From Thermoplasmata archaeon (GTDB lineage: Archaea > Thermoplasmatota > Thermoplasmata > RBG-16-68-12 > JAGMCJ01), in the NCBI GenBank assembly GCA_023130895.1, contig JAGMAI010000121.1, positions 1 through 44,247 on the forward strand: a DNA stretch of 44,247 bases, given 5' to 3'. Both the position numbers and the translations under genes were made by a program. The notes beneath the pieces are model-generated. The model saw nothing but the letters and a program-made list of their open reading frames with translations. It did no database searches and had not been told where the DNA came from. Shown here piece after piece: positions 24,772-34,106 of this stretch. How positions within the stretch are numbered: the first letter of the stretch is position 1; the number at the start of each line of letters is the position of its first letter.

Positions 24772-24846
24772 GCACGCGTGCTCAATCACCCACGCCTCGT
24801 CGCCGAACTCGCAGTAGTATGTCAGGATGACCGCGTGTCCGCTGAG
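24772..24846 (-). pseudogene. Relic of the 3' end of a thermonuclease paralog (25 codons)
   Basis: The minus-strand translation LSGHAVILTYYCEFGDEAWVIEHAC aligns with the C-terminus of 25371..25838 (KSGHAVILTEYCAVSEFGDETWAVEYGC). An in-frame TAG lies immediately upstream and there is no N-terminal part. Confidence 0.6.
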
Positions 24847-24890
24847 CTACTGCCGTCTCGCAATAGCGCCTCCGTGCGAATCCGAGGGAT

Positions 24891-25199
24891 CTAAACCGGA
24901 CCGCGGCAAGTGCGGGTCGGCTCTTCCAGCACCTCGTACGGCTTCGCGCTTAGCTCGCTGAAAGCAGGGTGGTTCTTGACCTGCGCCGCGAGATCGCTCG
25001 CGAGGAACGTCTGCAGCGAGGACTCGTCCTCGAACAGATAGACGCCTCCCGCCTCCTTGTCCTGTTCGTTCAGGGTCCAGACCTTCCACTGAAGGCCGGG
25101 GACGTTCGCGAACGCGTTGGCCAGGTCGCACGCCGCCGCCTCGTACTCCGCTCTCGGGATGTTGAATTTGAAAGTTATCTCAAGTAGCTGCTTTGGCAT
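24891..25199 (-). CDS. ydhR: YdhR-like putative monooxygenase (dimeric alpha-beta barrel), 102 aa
   Basis: MPKQLLEITFKFN...PGLQWKVWTLNEQDKEAGGVYLFEDESSLQTFL resembles the E. coli YdhR pattern as I recall it (LLQLHFAFN...PGFLWKVWTE...EAGGIYLF.DE.S). GGAGGAGGTGAAGAA lies immediately upstream of the ATG at 25199. Confidence 0.75.
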   Translation of the reverse strand: MPKQLLEITFKFNIPRAEYEAAACDLANAFANVPGLQWKVWTLNEQDKEAGGVYLFEDESSLQTFLASDLAAQVKNHPAFSELSAKPYEVLEEPTRTCRGPV

Positions 25200-25370
25200 T
25201 TCTTCACCTCCTCCCCTTCGGGCTTTGGGTACCTCTACGCGCCCCTCCTTGGCGCGGAGGACGCCTTGACGCATCCCCTCGGACAGGGATACCTACACGG
25301 CGTTATAATGATGTTGACGCCTTCGAACCGGGTCTGCTGGTGGATTCACCCGTGCAATCCTATGACGACG

Positions 25371-25838
25371 CTAGCACCCGTATTCCACCGCCCACGTCTC
25401 ATCGCCGAACTCGCTGACGGCGCAGTACTCCGTGAGAATGACCGCGTGCCCGCTCTTCAGAAGCTCGTGGTTCAGGTTCTTCCCGCCGCAGTAGACCACG
25501 GCGATCATGCGCCCGTACTGGTCCTCCAGCTGCCAGTCGTCCTGGTCCGCCGTCGCCTGCGACCCCTCGGGGCAAAGAGAGGCCGCGAAGTCCTTCGCCT
25601 CGTCGTAGCCCGCCTCCCCGACCTCGGGCGAGTCCACCAGGGCCAATCGGATTTTCGTCCCTTGTATGTAGAGCGTGTCCCCGTCCACGATCCTAGTAAC
25701 CTCGCCCTCGAGGTTCCCCCCGGTACCACCGTGCTCCAGAGGTTCCGGAGCGGGAATGACCGAGATGAGCAGTGACACAACCACGAGTGCCACAACCACG
25801 AGCAAGACGATCTGGTGCCGGAGCTGCCCCTTGTGCAT
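25371..25838 (-). CDS. Membrane-anchored or secreted staphylococcal-nuclease-like thermonuclease (SNase fold)
   Basis: N-terminal TM (IVLLVVVALVVVSLLISVI). The SNase motif is VTRIVDGDTLYIQGTKIRLALVDSPE. A GGAGGA SD and a CTTTAAAG box lie about 35 nt upstream. Confidence 0.8.
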   Translation of the reverse strand: MHKGQLRHQIVLLVVVALVVVSLLISVIPAPEPLEHGGTGGNLEGEVTRIVDGDTLYIQGTKIRLALVDSPEVGEAGYDEAKDFAASLCPEGSQATADQDDWQLEDQYGRMIAVVYCGGKNLNHELLKSGHAVILTEYCAVSEFGDETWAVEYGC

Positions 25839-26033
25839 GTTCCTCCTGAAGGAGGATTGTCGATTTGGACTTTAAAGCTTTTTCGTCACCGTCTAGCGGT
25901 CTCCTATCACTCAGGCGGTGGCGGTTCCTGGGGCGGCTGGTAGGGAGGCATCTCGATCGGCCAAGCAGTAGCCTTCCGTCTCTGAACAGGAGTCCGAAAC
26001 GTCTTAATCACTCCTCACTTATGCACAAGCTGA

Positions 26034-26819
26034 ATGGATCTCCCAGAGGGATTGGCGTCCTCCGGAGCGCTGGAGATACGGGCCAGACTGAGCTCAATCT
26101 CTGCAGGGAAGATCCTCGACGTAGCCACTGGGGACGGAGACTTCATCCAGACTCTCATGAAGGCTCTGAAGGACTACGACTCCTTCGTCGGCATCGACCA
26201 CTCCGAGGACGAGGTGAAGAAGGCCAAGACGGCCTTCGACGAAGAACCTGTCGAGATCCTGCAGATGGATGCCGAGGACATGGATTTCGAGGACGGCTCC
26301 TTCGACACGGTCTCCATCTCCCACTCGCTGCACCATCTCGCCAACATTGACGCAGTCCTGAGTGAGATGAAGCGCGTCCTCAAGCCCGGCGGACACGTCA
26401 TCGTCCAAGAGAACTACAGCGATCCGGGACAGACGGAGGCGCAGATGACCGACATGCTCGCGGCTCATTGGGACGCCGAGATCGACACTCTCCTGGGCAA
26501 GACGCACTTCAAGACGCTGAGAAAGCGCGAGATAAGGGATTATGTGGAGGCCCTTGGTCTAGGGGGGCTGGATGTTTCCGATACGACTCACCCCGTGAAG
26601 TGTCTTTTCTGCGAGAAGGTGTTCGAGTGCGCGGACCCTCTGAACGAGAACGTCGTCTCCTTCGCGTTGGAGGAGATAGACCGGAATCTCGCCCGCTTCG
26701 GAGGGCTTCAGGATGCCGACGCAGCCCGCCTGGCGGAGGAGGGCGAGAGGCTGAAGGAGAGGATAAGGCGGTTCGGCTCCTCCTCCCCGTCGACGCTCTT
26801 CCTCGTCGGGACCAAGTGA
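26034..26819 (+). CDS. Class I SAM-dependent methyltransferase (Methyltransf_11-like) with a C-terminal helical extension
   Basis: Motif I is ILDVATGDGDF. The post-I acidic residue is in GIDHSEDEV. Further motifs: FDTVSISHSLHHL and LKPGGHVIVQE. Confidence 0.8.
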   Translation: MDLPEGLASSGALEIRARLSSISAGKILDVATGDGDFIQTLMKALKDYDSFVGIDHSEDEVKKAKTAFDEEPVEILQMDAEDMDFEDGSFDTVSISHSLHHLANIDAVLSEMKRVLKPGGHVIVQENYSDPGQTEAQMTDMLAAHWDAEIDTLLGKTHFKTLRKREIRDYVEALGLGGLDVSDTTHPVKCLFCEKVFECADPLNENVVSFALEEIDRNLARFGGLQDADAARLAEEGERLKERIRRFGSSSPSTLFLVGTK

Positions 26820-26874
26820 GGACACCAAACTTAAAGTAGTCCAAGCATCTACTCGCAGCCAGTGGAGGAACTCC

Positions 26875-27909
26875 ATGACAACACAAGGATTCGGAGCCCT
26901 GCTCATAGACTACGATAACATCTACGCCTGTCTGATGAACCAGTACGGTCACGACAGATCGGATGCCCAGCTGAAGTCGGTCGAGATAGTCGGCAACACG
27001 ATATCGCACATGACCGAGACACTTGGCGTATCGCCAATAATCAGGCAGGCCTTTGCGGACTGGGGGATGAACCCGGACGTGCCCAATGAGCTCTACACGA
27101 TGGGCATAAGGGCGGTGCACGTGAAGGGTGTCAGGGGCAAGAGCAGCGCGGACATCGAGCTGTCGCTGCGCCTGCAGGAGGTGATGCTCACCCGCGAGGA
27201 CATCAACGCGCTCGTGGTACTGTCAGGCGACAGGGACTACCTGCCCATCGCCCAGCGCGCGCAGGAGCGGGGCAAGCAGATCATCTTCTACTCCTTCGAG
27301 CGCACGCTCTCCGGGGACATCAAGAAGCTCGTGGGCCAGGACAGATACTGGTACATCGACCCCGAGAGTCTGAAGCCGCTCTCCGAGCGGGACTTCAAGC
27401 ACCGCGAGCCGAAGAAGACCAAGAAGCCCACGAGACTGCCCTCCCTGATCAAGCACATTCCGGAGGAGGGAACGACGACCGCCGGGCTGGCGAAGAAGCT
27501 CGGGCTGAAGGAGGACGACATCCTTCGGCGGGTGGAGAAGCTCGCGGGAGACGGACTCGTCACGGCAGAGAAGGTGGGAAGGTGGACCAAGGTCAAGCAC
27601 GTCGCTCCGCTCGATGACGATCAGAAGAAGGCGCTGCAGGCTGCCGCGGAGGCGCACAAGGAGTACGTCCCGAAGTACGGGAGCGTGAAGCTCTCCGGCT
27701 TCCTCGTGGTCAAGCTGGCGAAGGCTCTTCCCGAGATAAGCCACCTGGACAGGAAGAAGATATTCAACAGCCTCGTCGAGCGGGGGCTGGTGCAGCTGCA
27801 GAGGGAGAAGGACGCCCGGGGCGATCGCTTCCTCGTGTTCACCGTGGTCGAGAAACACCCGCTGGTCAAGCAGATCGCGGGAGCCCGCAGAGGGCGCAAG
27901 AAAGGCTGA
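26875..27909 (+). CDS. NYN-domain (LabA-like, PIN-related) protein with C-terminal winged-helix / OST-HTH-like domains
   Basis: GALLIDYDNIY...GKSSADIELSL...ALVVLSGDRDYLPIAQRAQERGKQIIFYSF matches the NYN catalytic pattern. C-terminal HTH-like segments (TTAGLAKKLGLKEDDILRRVEKLAGDGLV; LAKALPEISHLDRKKIFNSLVERGLV). It has its own TATA-like ACTTAAAGTA box and a GGAGGAA SD. Confidence 0.8.
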   Translation: MTTQGFGALLIDYDNIYACLMNQYGHDRSDAQLKSVEIVGNTISHMTETLGVSPIIRQAFADWGMNPDVPNELYTMGIRAVHVKGVRGKSSADIELSLRLQEVMLTREDINALVVLSGDRDYLPIAQRAQERGKQIIFYSFERTLSGDIKKLVGQDRYWYIDPESLKPLSERDFKHREPKKTKKPTRLPSLIKHIPEEGTTTAGLAKKLGLKEDDILRRVEKLAGDGLVTAEKVGRWTKVKHVAPLDDDQKKALQAAAEAHKEYVPKYGSVKLSGFLVVKLAKALPEISHLDRKKIFNSLVERGLVQLQREKDARGDRFLVFTVVEKHPLVKQIAGARRGRKKG

Positions 27910-27913
27910 GACC

Positions 27914-28666
27914 CTACCGGACCCTCTCCGTGAGCTTTTGCCAGATAGTGCCACGCAGGCTTTCTCGCCCCTCCCTTCCGTGCTTCTGGCGGTAGAGCCA
28001 CAAGCCCATCGCGGGCCTCAGCGGCCCGAGGTAGCCGCACTTGCTGCAGTGGTAGTAGTCGGGTACGGAGCCGTCCGAGGGGCCGAACATCGAGTCCCAG
28101 AAGCCCTTCTGCTGCTCCCGGGCACTGATGGCCTCCTTGGCGATCCCGAAAAGGTCCTTCTTCTTGTACTTCCCACATGACGGGCAGAACACCCTGCTCT
28201 TGTACATGAGCGGTCTGTCGACCAGGCCTTTCTTCAAGATGCTTCTCTTGATCGCTGATGCCACGCCCATTCCGATGATGAGTCCGAAGATGAAGAGGAC
28301 CACGGCGACGAAGACGAGAACGAAGGAGTTCTCCCCTCCCGGGTTCGCCGACATCCAGAAGTTGAGGTAGATCAGGAACAGGGGCGCGAAGAACACCACG
28401 GCGACGACGAACGCGTTCCTCCAGTACCCCTTCTTCGCCCGCTTCTGCGCCTTGAAGTGAGCACTGTAGCATCCCTCGCAGATCGGCAGTTTGAGCGTCA
28501 ACGTCGTTGTCGACCACGCGACTCCCGGGACACCGGACATCTTCTCCTCGGTGTGGTCCTTCCAGAAACCCCCGAGGCATCGCTGGCACAGAGGCTCACC
28601 GCATGAGGCACAGAACCCGAAGACCTCTCCTGTAGGCCCTTTGCATGTTTCACAAGTGACGGGCAT
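27914..28666 (-). CDS. Zinc-ribbon-rich membrane protein (hypothetical)
   Basis: CxxC pairs: CETCKG...CASCGEPLCQRC, CEGC, CPSCGKY and CSKCGY. Two central TM helices. A GGAGGG SD is present. Confidence 0.7.
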   Translation of the reverse strand: MPVTCETCKGPTGEVFGFCASCGEPLCQRCLGGFWKDHTEEKMSGVPGVAWSTTTLTLKLPICEGCYSAHFKAQKRAKKGYWRNAFVVAVVFFAPLFLIYLNFWMSANPGGENSFVLVFVAVVLFIFGLIIGMGVASAIKRSILKKGLVDRPLMYKSRVFCPSCGKYKKKDLFGIAKEAISAREQQKGFWDSMFGPSDGSVPDYYHCSKCGYLGPLRPAMGLWLYRQKHGREGRESLRGTIWQKLTERVR

Positions 28667-28797
28667 CAGATCCCTCCGCTATCGCAGAACCGCTGCCTTT
28701 CCATAACCTTTTCGGTGGTTGCGGCTCCCTGAGCAATCCTGATATACGCAATCGCACATGATTGAGACGCAGTGCTCTCGAATTCCAAGTGGCTCTG

Positions 28798-29655
28798 ATG
28801 TCTAACTCCCTTTCTCCACGCATGGACGGCAAGGTTTGCATGATTACTGGTGCAAACTCCGGCATCGGGTACGTGACCGCCCGCGAGCTCGCGAGGATGG
28901 GCGCCGACATCGTGATGGTCTGCAGGAGCAAAGAGCGCGGTGAGGCGGCCAGGAACGAGATCGTGAGCGAGACAGGAAGCGATTCCGTCGAGCTGATGAT
29001 CGCCGACCTCTCCTCGCAGGAGGAAGTTCGCAGACTAGCGGGCGACTTCAAGGGCACACACGACCGCCTGCACGTGCTCGTGAACAACGCTGCCCTGTGG
29101 CCCACGAAGCGCACACTCACCGTCGACGGCCTGGAGCTGCAGTTCGGGTTGAACCACCTGGCGTATTTCCTCCTGACGAACCTCTTGCTGGATGTTCTCA
29201 GGGCGAGCGCTCCCGCGAGGGTCGTCGACACGAGCTCGGGCATCCACAAGCGGGCCCGCATAGATTTCGACGACCTGCAGGCCGAGCGTGGGTACAGGCA
29301 CATGCGGGCGTACGGGCAGTCGAAGCTCGCCAATGTTCTTTTCACGTACGAGCTCGCACGCAGGCTGACAGGCACGGGCGTCACGGTCAACAGCTTCACC
29401 CCCGGGATGACGGAGACGAACCTGGGCCGGTACATGTCCCGTGGCGCACAGTTCATCTTCCGATTGCTTGCCAAGAAGACGGAGAAGGGGGCGACGACAG
29501 CGATCTATCTCGCGTCCTCGCCCGAAGTGGAGGGCGTCAGCGGCAAGTACTTCGCCAACTGCAAGCCCGCGGAGTCCTCGAAGCTATCCTACGACGAGGA
29601 CACAGCCAAGCGGCTCTGGGACGTCAGCGAGAGTCTCACAGGGCTAAGCGGATAG
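28798..29655 (+). CDS. Classical short-chain dehydrogenase/reductase (SDR)
   Basis: ITGANSGIGYVTA matches TGxxxGxG. NNAA is present, and YGQSKLANV matches YxxxK. I preferred the ATG at 28798 over the track's TTG at 28762. Confidence 0.85.
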   Translation: MSNSLSPRMDGKVCMITGANSGIGYVTARELARMGADIVMVCRSKERGEAARNEIVSETGSDSVELMIADLSSQEEVRRLAGDFKGTHDRLHVLVNNAALWPTKRTLTVDGLELQFGLNHLAYFLLTNLLLDVLRASAPARVVDTSSGIHKRARIDFDDLQAERGYRHMRAYGQSKLANVLFTYELARRLTGTGVTVNSFTPGMTETNLGRYMSRGAQFIFRLLAKKTEKGATTAIYLASSPEVEGVSGKYFANCKPAESSKLSYDEDTAKRLWDVSESLTGLSG

Positions 29656-29670
29656 ACGTTGTCGACTTCC

Positions 29671-32643
29671 CTATGTCAGGTCAACTACCTCGACGCCGTA
29701 CAGCCCCTCGACGAAGTATGCCTTGTCGTCATAGACGCGAAGCTGGGTGACCCACCCGCTCGAGTGGTAGACGCCGCTGAAGCTCGGATCGCCGCGCACG
29801 TCGAACATGTAGTGGCAGCCCGAGAATGAATTGAGGAAGGCGTATCCGCCCTCGAGCTTCCAAAGGTGCGCGTAGCCGCCGACCTGGAACAAGCCGAGGA
29901 CTGTCGGGTTCTCGGTGTCCGTCACATCTAGCACCGCGAAGTACGTCCTCGGACGCTCCTCGCCGATCCAGTACCAGTAAGCGGTCGTGTTGCTGAGGTA
30001 GACGATACCGTCCTCCACGAAGATGCCGCTGATGTGCCCGTCCACCTGGACCGAGAGAAGCACGGTCGCGGCGTCATCCTGCAGCTCGAGGACGTTGACC
30101 GTCTGGAACTGCGCCCATCCTCCCGCCAGCGTGTAGACGCGGTCGTCCTCGACGTTAATCATCAATCCAGGGATGTCGACCGACGGCAGCTGCACGGGTC
30201 CGGTCAAGTCCGCCAGGGAGATCCTCCCAAGCCAGTCGCGTGTCTTCCACACGTAGTCCTCGCCCACGCGCTCCCAGGAGTACTCGTAGTCCGTGAAGTA
30301 GAAGATGTCGTCCTCGATGAGCGCGTTCATCACCATGCTGGCCCTGAAGCTGTATCTCGACATGACCGTCGGGTCAGATGGGTCGAGCACACTGATCACG
30401 TGAAGCGTGTACCGCGGCGTCTCGTACTCCCAGTCGTATTCGGGGCTGTAGAAGACCACGTACCCATCATCCAGAGCGGGGACGAGGCTCGAGTAGCCGT
30501 AGTAGCCCACATCCATCATGGGGGCGATGCCGATCCCGTAGCCCTCGCTTGGAAGCTCCACCTCGCCCATCCGAACGGGACCTAGCGGGTCGGAGTAGTC
30601 GAAGATGCGAAGGTACGACTTCCTATCCTCCGAACCGTGGCCGACCATGTAGACGTACGGCTCTTCAGGGAGGACGTGGCCCCATAGCATTCCAGTGTCC
30701 ATCGACACGATTCCGGAGGGGGCTCTCGTCTCCAGCTTCATCGTGCTGCCGTAGTCGTGCTGGACGAGCCTCACGAAGTGGTCGCCCATCTTGAAGTAGT
30801 CCATTATGTGAACTGCCAGCTCCACTACCGCCGTGACGGCCGGGTCATCGGGGTCGGTGAAGTCGATCACCTGGAGCGTCCTGTCCGACGACGCAAGTAT
30901 CCTATCCGCATGATAGCGGGTCCTCGTTACGGACGAGGGAGTGTTCACGATCCCTCGCACGGTGAGGTCGCCAGAGGACAGATCGAAGTCCACGAGCTGT
31001 ATCGCGTGCGCCGTCCTCCACCACTCGTTCCTGTCCACGAAGCTCGAGGTGAAGGGAACGACCACTATCTCCTGGTCGTCCATCACGGACAGTTGCTTCG
31101 GGTCCCAGTTGGCGGAAGACCAGCTCCAGCCCTCGCCGATCGTGACACGGTCCATCAGCACCGCGTTGTACGGGTCGCTCACATCGAACAGCGACAACGC
31201 GACCTGCATATCGTCCGTGGAGTCGTCCACGCCGAGTGCAAGTATCCGGTCCCCGCGGACCTCCATGTGCGTTATCCATCCAGGGATCTCGAGCACGTCC
31301 GTCAGCTTGGGATTCGTCGGGTCCGAGAGGTCCAGCACGTCGAGCGGGTCTATCCTCTCCGGAAGGTGTATCGTGTAGGCCCTTTCTCCCGCGAATCGGG
31401 TCGCCATCAGTGTCCCTGCGTCATCTATCAGCAGTTTCCCGAGCAACGAGAGACTAGCGGGGTCGCTGACGTCGAGTATCCACAGCTCGGACTCGCCCAG
31501 CTCACCCCAGCCCCAGTAGTGAGTAATGAAGCGGAACATGCCGTCGTAGTAATCCATCTGGTATCGGTCATCGAGGAACCCGTCTGCGCCGTAGTCGCCC
31601 TCAACGGTCATCTGGCCGAACGGGTCCGATATGTCGATATACACTATCCTCGTCGTCGGCCCGCCTCTGAGCTCATCCCCCCAGTCGGGTTGCGCGATGA
31701 AGATCGCGCTCTCCGTGACATGAACCTGGTTGTAGCTTCCGTTGAAGTCGATCGTCATCACCTCGCTGACGTTCGTCGGATCGGAGATGTCGAAGGACGT
31801 GACGTGCGTAGTGTCCTCGCCCTCGGGGGAGAGCCACCTCCACATGTAGTCGTTCGAGGCGGCGTAGATGACGTTTCCGACTCTGCGCGTGTCCTGTACG
31901 TATCCGGGTATGCTGAGCTTGTCCACGATCTCTGGCGCCGTGAGGTTCGAGATGTCCACGACCACTATCTGGCTGCCTATGTGGAAATCACACACCTGGC
32001 GCACGTTCTCGAGCAGGTAGAGGTCGTACCAGTACTGATACCTGGCCTGCACGACGAGGTACGCGTTGTCCCCGACGATGTACATCTCTACAGGTTCGCC
32101 ATACACCCTTGCCCGCCCGAGTACATCGGGCTCGTCAGGGTTTGAGACGTCCACGATTATCAGCCCGCGGTACGGGTTCAGAATGAAGTACGTGTCCCCG
32201 ACCAGCTTGACAATGTCCGCTTCCTCCACATCCCGCGGCGGAACCATGTTGGGCTCTGCGGCACCGAGAAGTGCCACGTCATCCATAGTCCGCATTCCGC
32301 CCTCCTCGTAGTACGGACCCTGCATGTGCAGCTCAGGATGCATGTTCACGTATTCCTGCGCCTCCTCCAGCGGGGCGTACCGCTTGATCTCGTCGATCGG
32401 CAGTTCCGTCACGAACTCGCCCGCTTGGCACGCGTCCGCGCCCACGTCAGCCGCAGGGAGCGTGATCACCAGCCCCTCGTAACCGGGGACGTCCGGATAG
32501 TCCAGCCCGCTGGGCTCGGCGGGGTTCACCCAAACAACGAGCATAACAGGAGCCAGGACCGATGCGACGATTGCCACGCTCAGGATCAGAGCCAGCCTCT
32601 TGCCTGTAAACCAACTGCCCACATTCTCACTATCTTTACTCAT
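29671..32643 (-). CDS. 990-aa secreted or membrane-anchored LVIVD-repeat / beta-propeller-domain protein
   Basis: N-terminal signal anchor (LALILSVAIVASVLAPVMLVVWV). There are about 12 recurrences of h-h-h-(D)-(V/I/L)-(S/T)-(D/N)-P-x-x-P, for example LIIVDVSNPDEP, IVVVDISNLTAP, LWILDVSDPASL, LSLFDVSDPYNA and FAVLDVTDTENP. Confidence 0.8.
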   Translation of the reverse strand: MSKDSENVGSWFTGKRLALILSVAIVASVLAPVMLVVWVNPAEPSGLDYPDVPGYEGLVITLPAADVGADACQAGEFVTELPIDEIKRYAPLEEAQEYVNMHPELHMQGPYYEEGGMRTMDDVALLGAAEPNMVPPRDVEEADIVKLVGDTYFILNPYRGLIIVDVSNPDEPDVLGRARVYGEPVEMYIVGDNAYLVVQARYQYWYDLYLLENVRQVCDFHIGSQIVVVDISNLTAPEIVDKLSIPGYVQDTRRVGNVIYAASNDYMWRWLSPEGEDTTHVTSFDISDPTNVSEVMTIDFNGSYNQVHVTESAIFIAQPDWGDELRGGPTTRIVYIDISDPFGQMTVEGDYGADGFLDDRYQMDYYDGMFRFITHYWGWGELGESELWILDVSDPASLSLLGKLLIDDAGTLMATRFAGERAYTIHLPERIDPLDVLDLSDPTNPKLTDVLEIPGWITHMEVRGDRILALGVDDSTDDMQVALSLFDVSDPYNAVLMDRVTIGEGWSWSSANWDPKQLSVMDDQEIVVVPFTSSFVDRNEWWRTAHAIQLVDFDLSSGDLTVRGIVNTPSSVTRTRYHADRILASSDRTLQVIDFTDPDDPAVTAVVELAVHIMDYFKMGDHFVRLVQHDYGSTMKLETRAPSGIVSMDTGMLWGHVLPEEPYVYMVGHGSEDRKSYLRIFDYSDPLGPVRMGEVELPSEGYGIGIAPMMDVGYYGYSSLVPALDDGYVVFYSPEYDWEYETPRYTLHVISVLDPSDPTVMSRYSFRASMVMNALIEDDIFYFTDYEYSWERVGEDYVWKTRDWLGRISLADLTGPVQLPSVDIPGLMINVEDDRVYTLAGGWAQFQTVNVLELQDDAATVLLSVQVDGHISGIFVEDGIVYLSNTTAYWYWIGEERPRTYFAVLDVTDTENPTVLGLFQVGGYAHLWKLEGGYAFLNSFSGCHYMFDVRGDPSFSGVYHSSGWVTQLRVYDDKAYFVEGLYGVEVVDLT

Positions 32644-32681
32644 TCAATTCCTCCTATATCTTATGCAAATACATTCGATCG

Positions 32682-34106
32682 TCATGTTTCAACAACCTCC
32701 GCCATCGCCTCCTCGCCCTTGTCCAGCAATTCCACCTTGCCGTTCGCGGCGTCCACGAGCTCCAGCTCGCGGAGGACCTTCACATTGTAGTGCACCCTCT
32801 GCCTAGAGGTTTCGAATTGCTTTGCGATCTCCGATTGGGTCATCGGCCCGTCGGCCCTCAGCACGTCAAGTATGGCGTACTGCAGCCTCGAAAGGACGAG
32901 CCGCTTCCCGGTCACTGGTGCCCCGCTCAGATATAGCATCCTCACGCGTCCCTCGCGGACGGACTTGATGAACCCGAGCCGCTCGAGGACCCACAGGTGG
33001 TATGCGAGCGTCCCGTTCTTCAGGTCCAGGCTCTCGCGGACCCTGGTGAAGGTCATCCCCGGGTTGGCCTGGATGTATCCGTATATGCGCCCCCGCGTGA
33101 AGTGGTCGAGGGCCCTCTCTCGTGATATGTGATAGAAGAGCGCGAGGCCGACCGCTAGGGAAATGGAGATCGTCAGCGCCAGCGGCATCCACGGGAAGTC
33201 GGTCACAAGGATCCCTCCTGACATGGCGAGGCTCGGACCGTCCTCGTACAGGATCTCTCCGGTCGTGGCGTCAATCCACAGATCGAGCTCCCAAGCGGAC
33301 GCTCCATCCCCGCCGCCGAGTGTCTGACTGTCGGTCTGTGAGAGTGGCCATCGGACATTCACCAGGTAGACGAAGCTCGTTGCGTTGCGCACCGTCACGC
33401 CCGCCACGGTAGCCGAGGGGTCGAAGGCAGCGTATCCGGACTCCGCCCGCAGAACTGCATTGTCAAGAGCCAATGAGGGGTCGATGTTGGGCGGGAGCAG
33501 CACGCGATACCATACGTGGAGCGTGACAGAGACCACGCGGAGGTCGTGGAGACGCACTCTCATGGAGAGCATGTTGAAGAGGAAGGAGGGGCCCAGGTCC
33601 GTCGGCTCGTTCAGAAGCACATTGTCCTGCTCCTCACCCGACGGTGCGAGGTCGAATGAGAGTTCTCTCTCGATGTTCACCTCTGCGTTTATGTCCGCTA
33701 GCCCGAGGTCGCTGGCGATCCTGTTCGCCACGTCCATGAGGTCGTCCGTCTCTGTCGAGTCGGCGAAGTAGGACGTGTTCCCCCTGAGCATCACCTCTCT
33801 CAGAATGCCAGTCTCGACGTAGCGCGCCTCCACTCGGCCATCGACCAGCGGGAGGACGTACATCTCCCTTGCCAGGAGGAAATCGGGCAGGTCGCTCTCG
33901 TTCAGCTGGATCCATGCCGGGTCCTCGGAAAAGCCGATCTCCGAGCCCAGCTGAGCGGCGAACCAGGAGGTGAGATTGGCGGCCGCCTCTCGGTTCAAGA
34001 GGTCAGAGTCGGGCCATACCACGACAGGATCTCCCGCCGCGTTCGGACTGGGCATGAGCAGGAGAACCGCACATATGCCGATGAGGATAATCGCCTTGTC
34101 TCGCAT
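32682..34106 (-). CDS. Membrane-tethered transcription regulator: signal peptide, ~300-aa extracytoplasmic domain, TM, and two cytoplasmic ArsR-type wHTH domains
   Basis: Signal peptide MRDKAIILIGICAVLLLMPSPNAAG. TM helix MPLALTISISLAVGLALFYHI. wHTH 1: IYGYIQANPGMTFTRVRESLDLKNGTLAYHLWVLERLGFIKSVREGRVRMLYL. wHTH 2: ILDVLRADGPMTQSEIAKQFETSRQRVHYNVKVLRELELVD. The gene ends 38 nt before the LVIVD gene start, and that gap contains a GGAGGAA. Confidence 0.75.
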   Translation of the reverse strand: MRDKAIILIGICAVLLLMPSPNAAGDPVVVWPDSDLLNREAAANLTSWFAAQLGSEIGFSEDPAWIQLNESDLPDFLLAREMYVLPLVDGRVEARYVETGILREVMLRGNTSYFADSTETDDLMDVANRIASDLGLADINAEVNIERELSFDLAPSGEEQDNVLLNEPTDLGPSFLFNMLSMRVRLHDLRVVSVTLHVWYRVLLPPNIDPSLALDNAVLRAESGYAAFDPSATVAGVTVRNATSFVYLVNVRWPLSQTDSQTLGGGDGASAWELDLWIDATTGEILYEDGPSLAMSGGILVTDFPWMPLALTISISLAVGLALFYHISRERALDHFTRGRIYGYIQANPGMTFTRVRESLDLKNGTLAYHLWVLERLGFIKSVREGRVRMLYLSGAPVTGKRLVLSRLQYAILDVLRADGPMTQSEIAKQFETSRQRVHYNVKVLRELELVDAANGKVELLDKGEEAMAEVVET

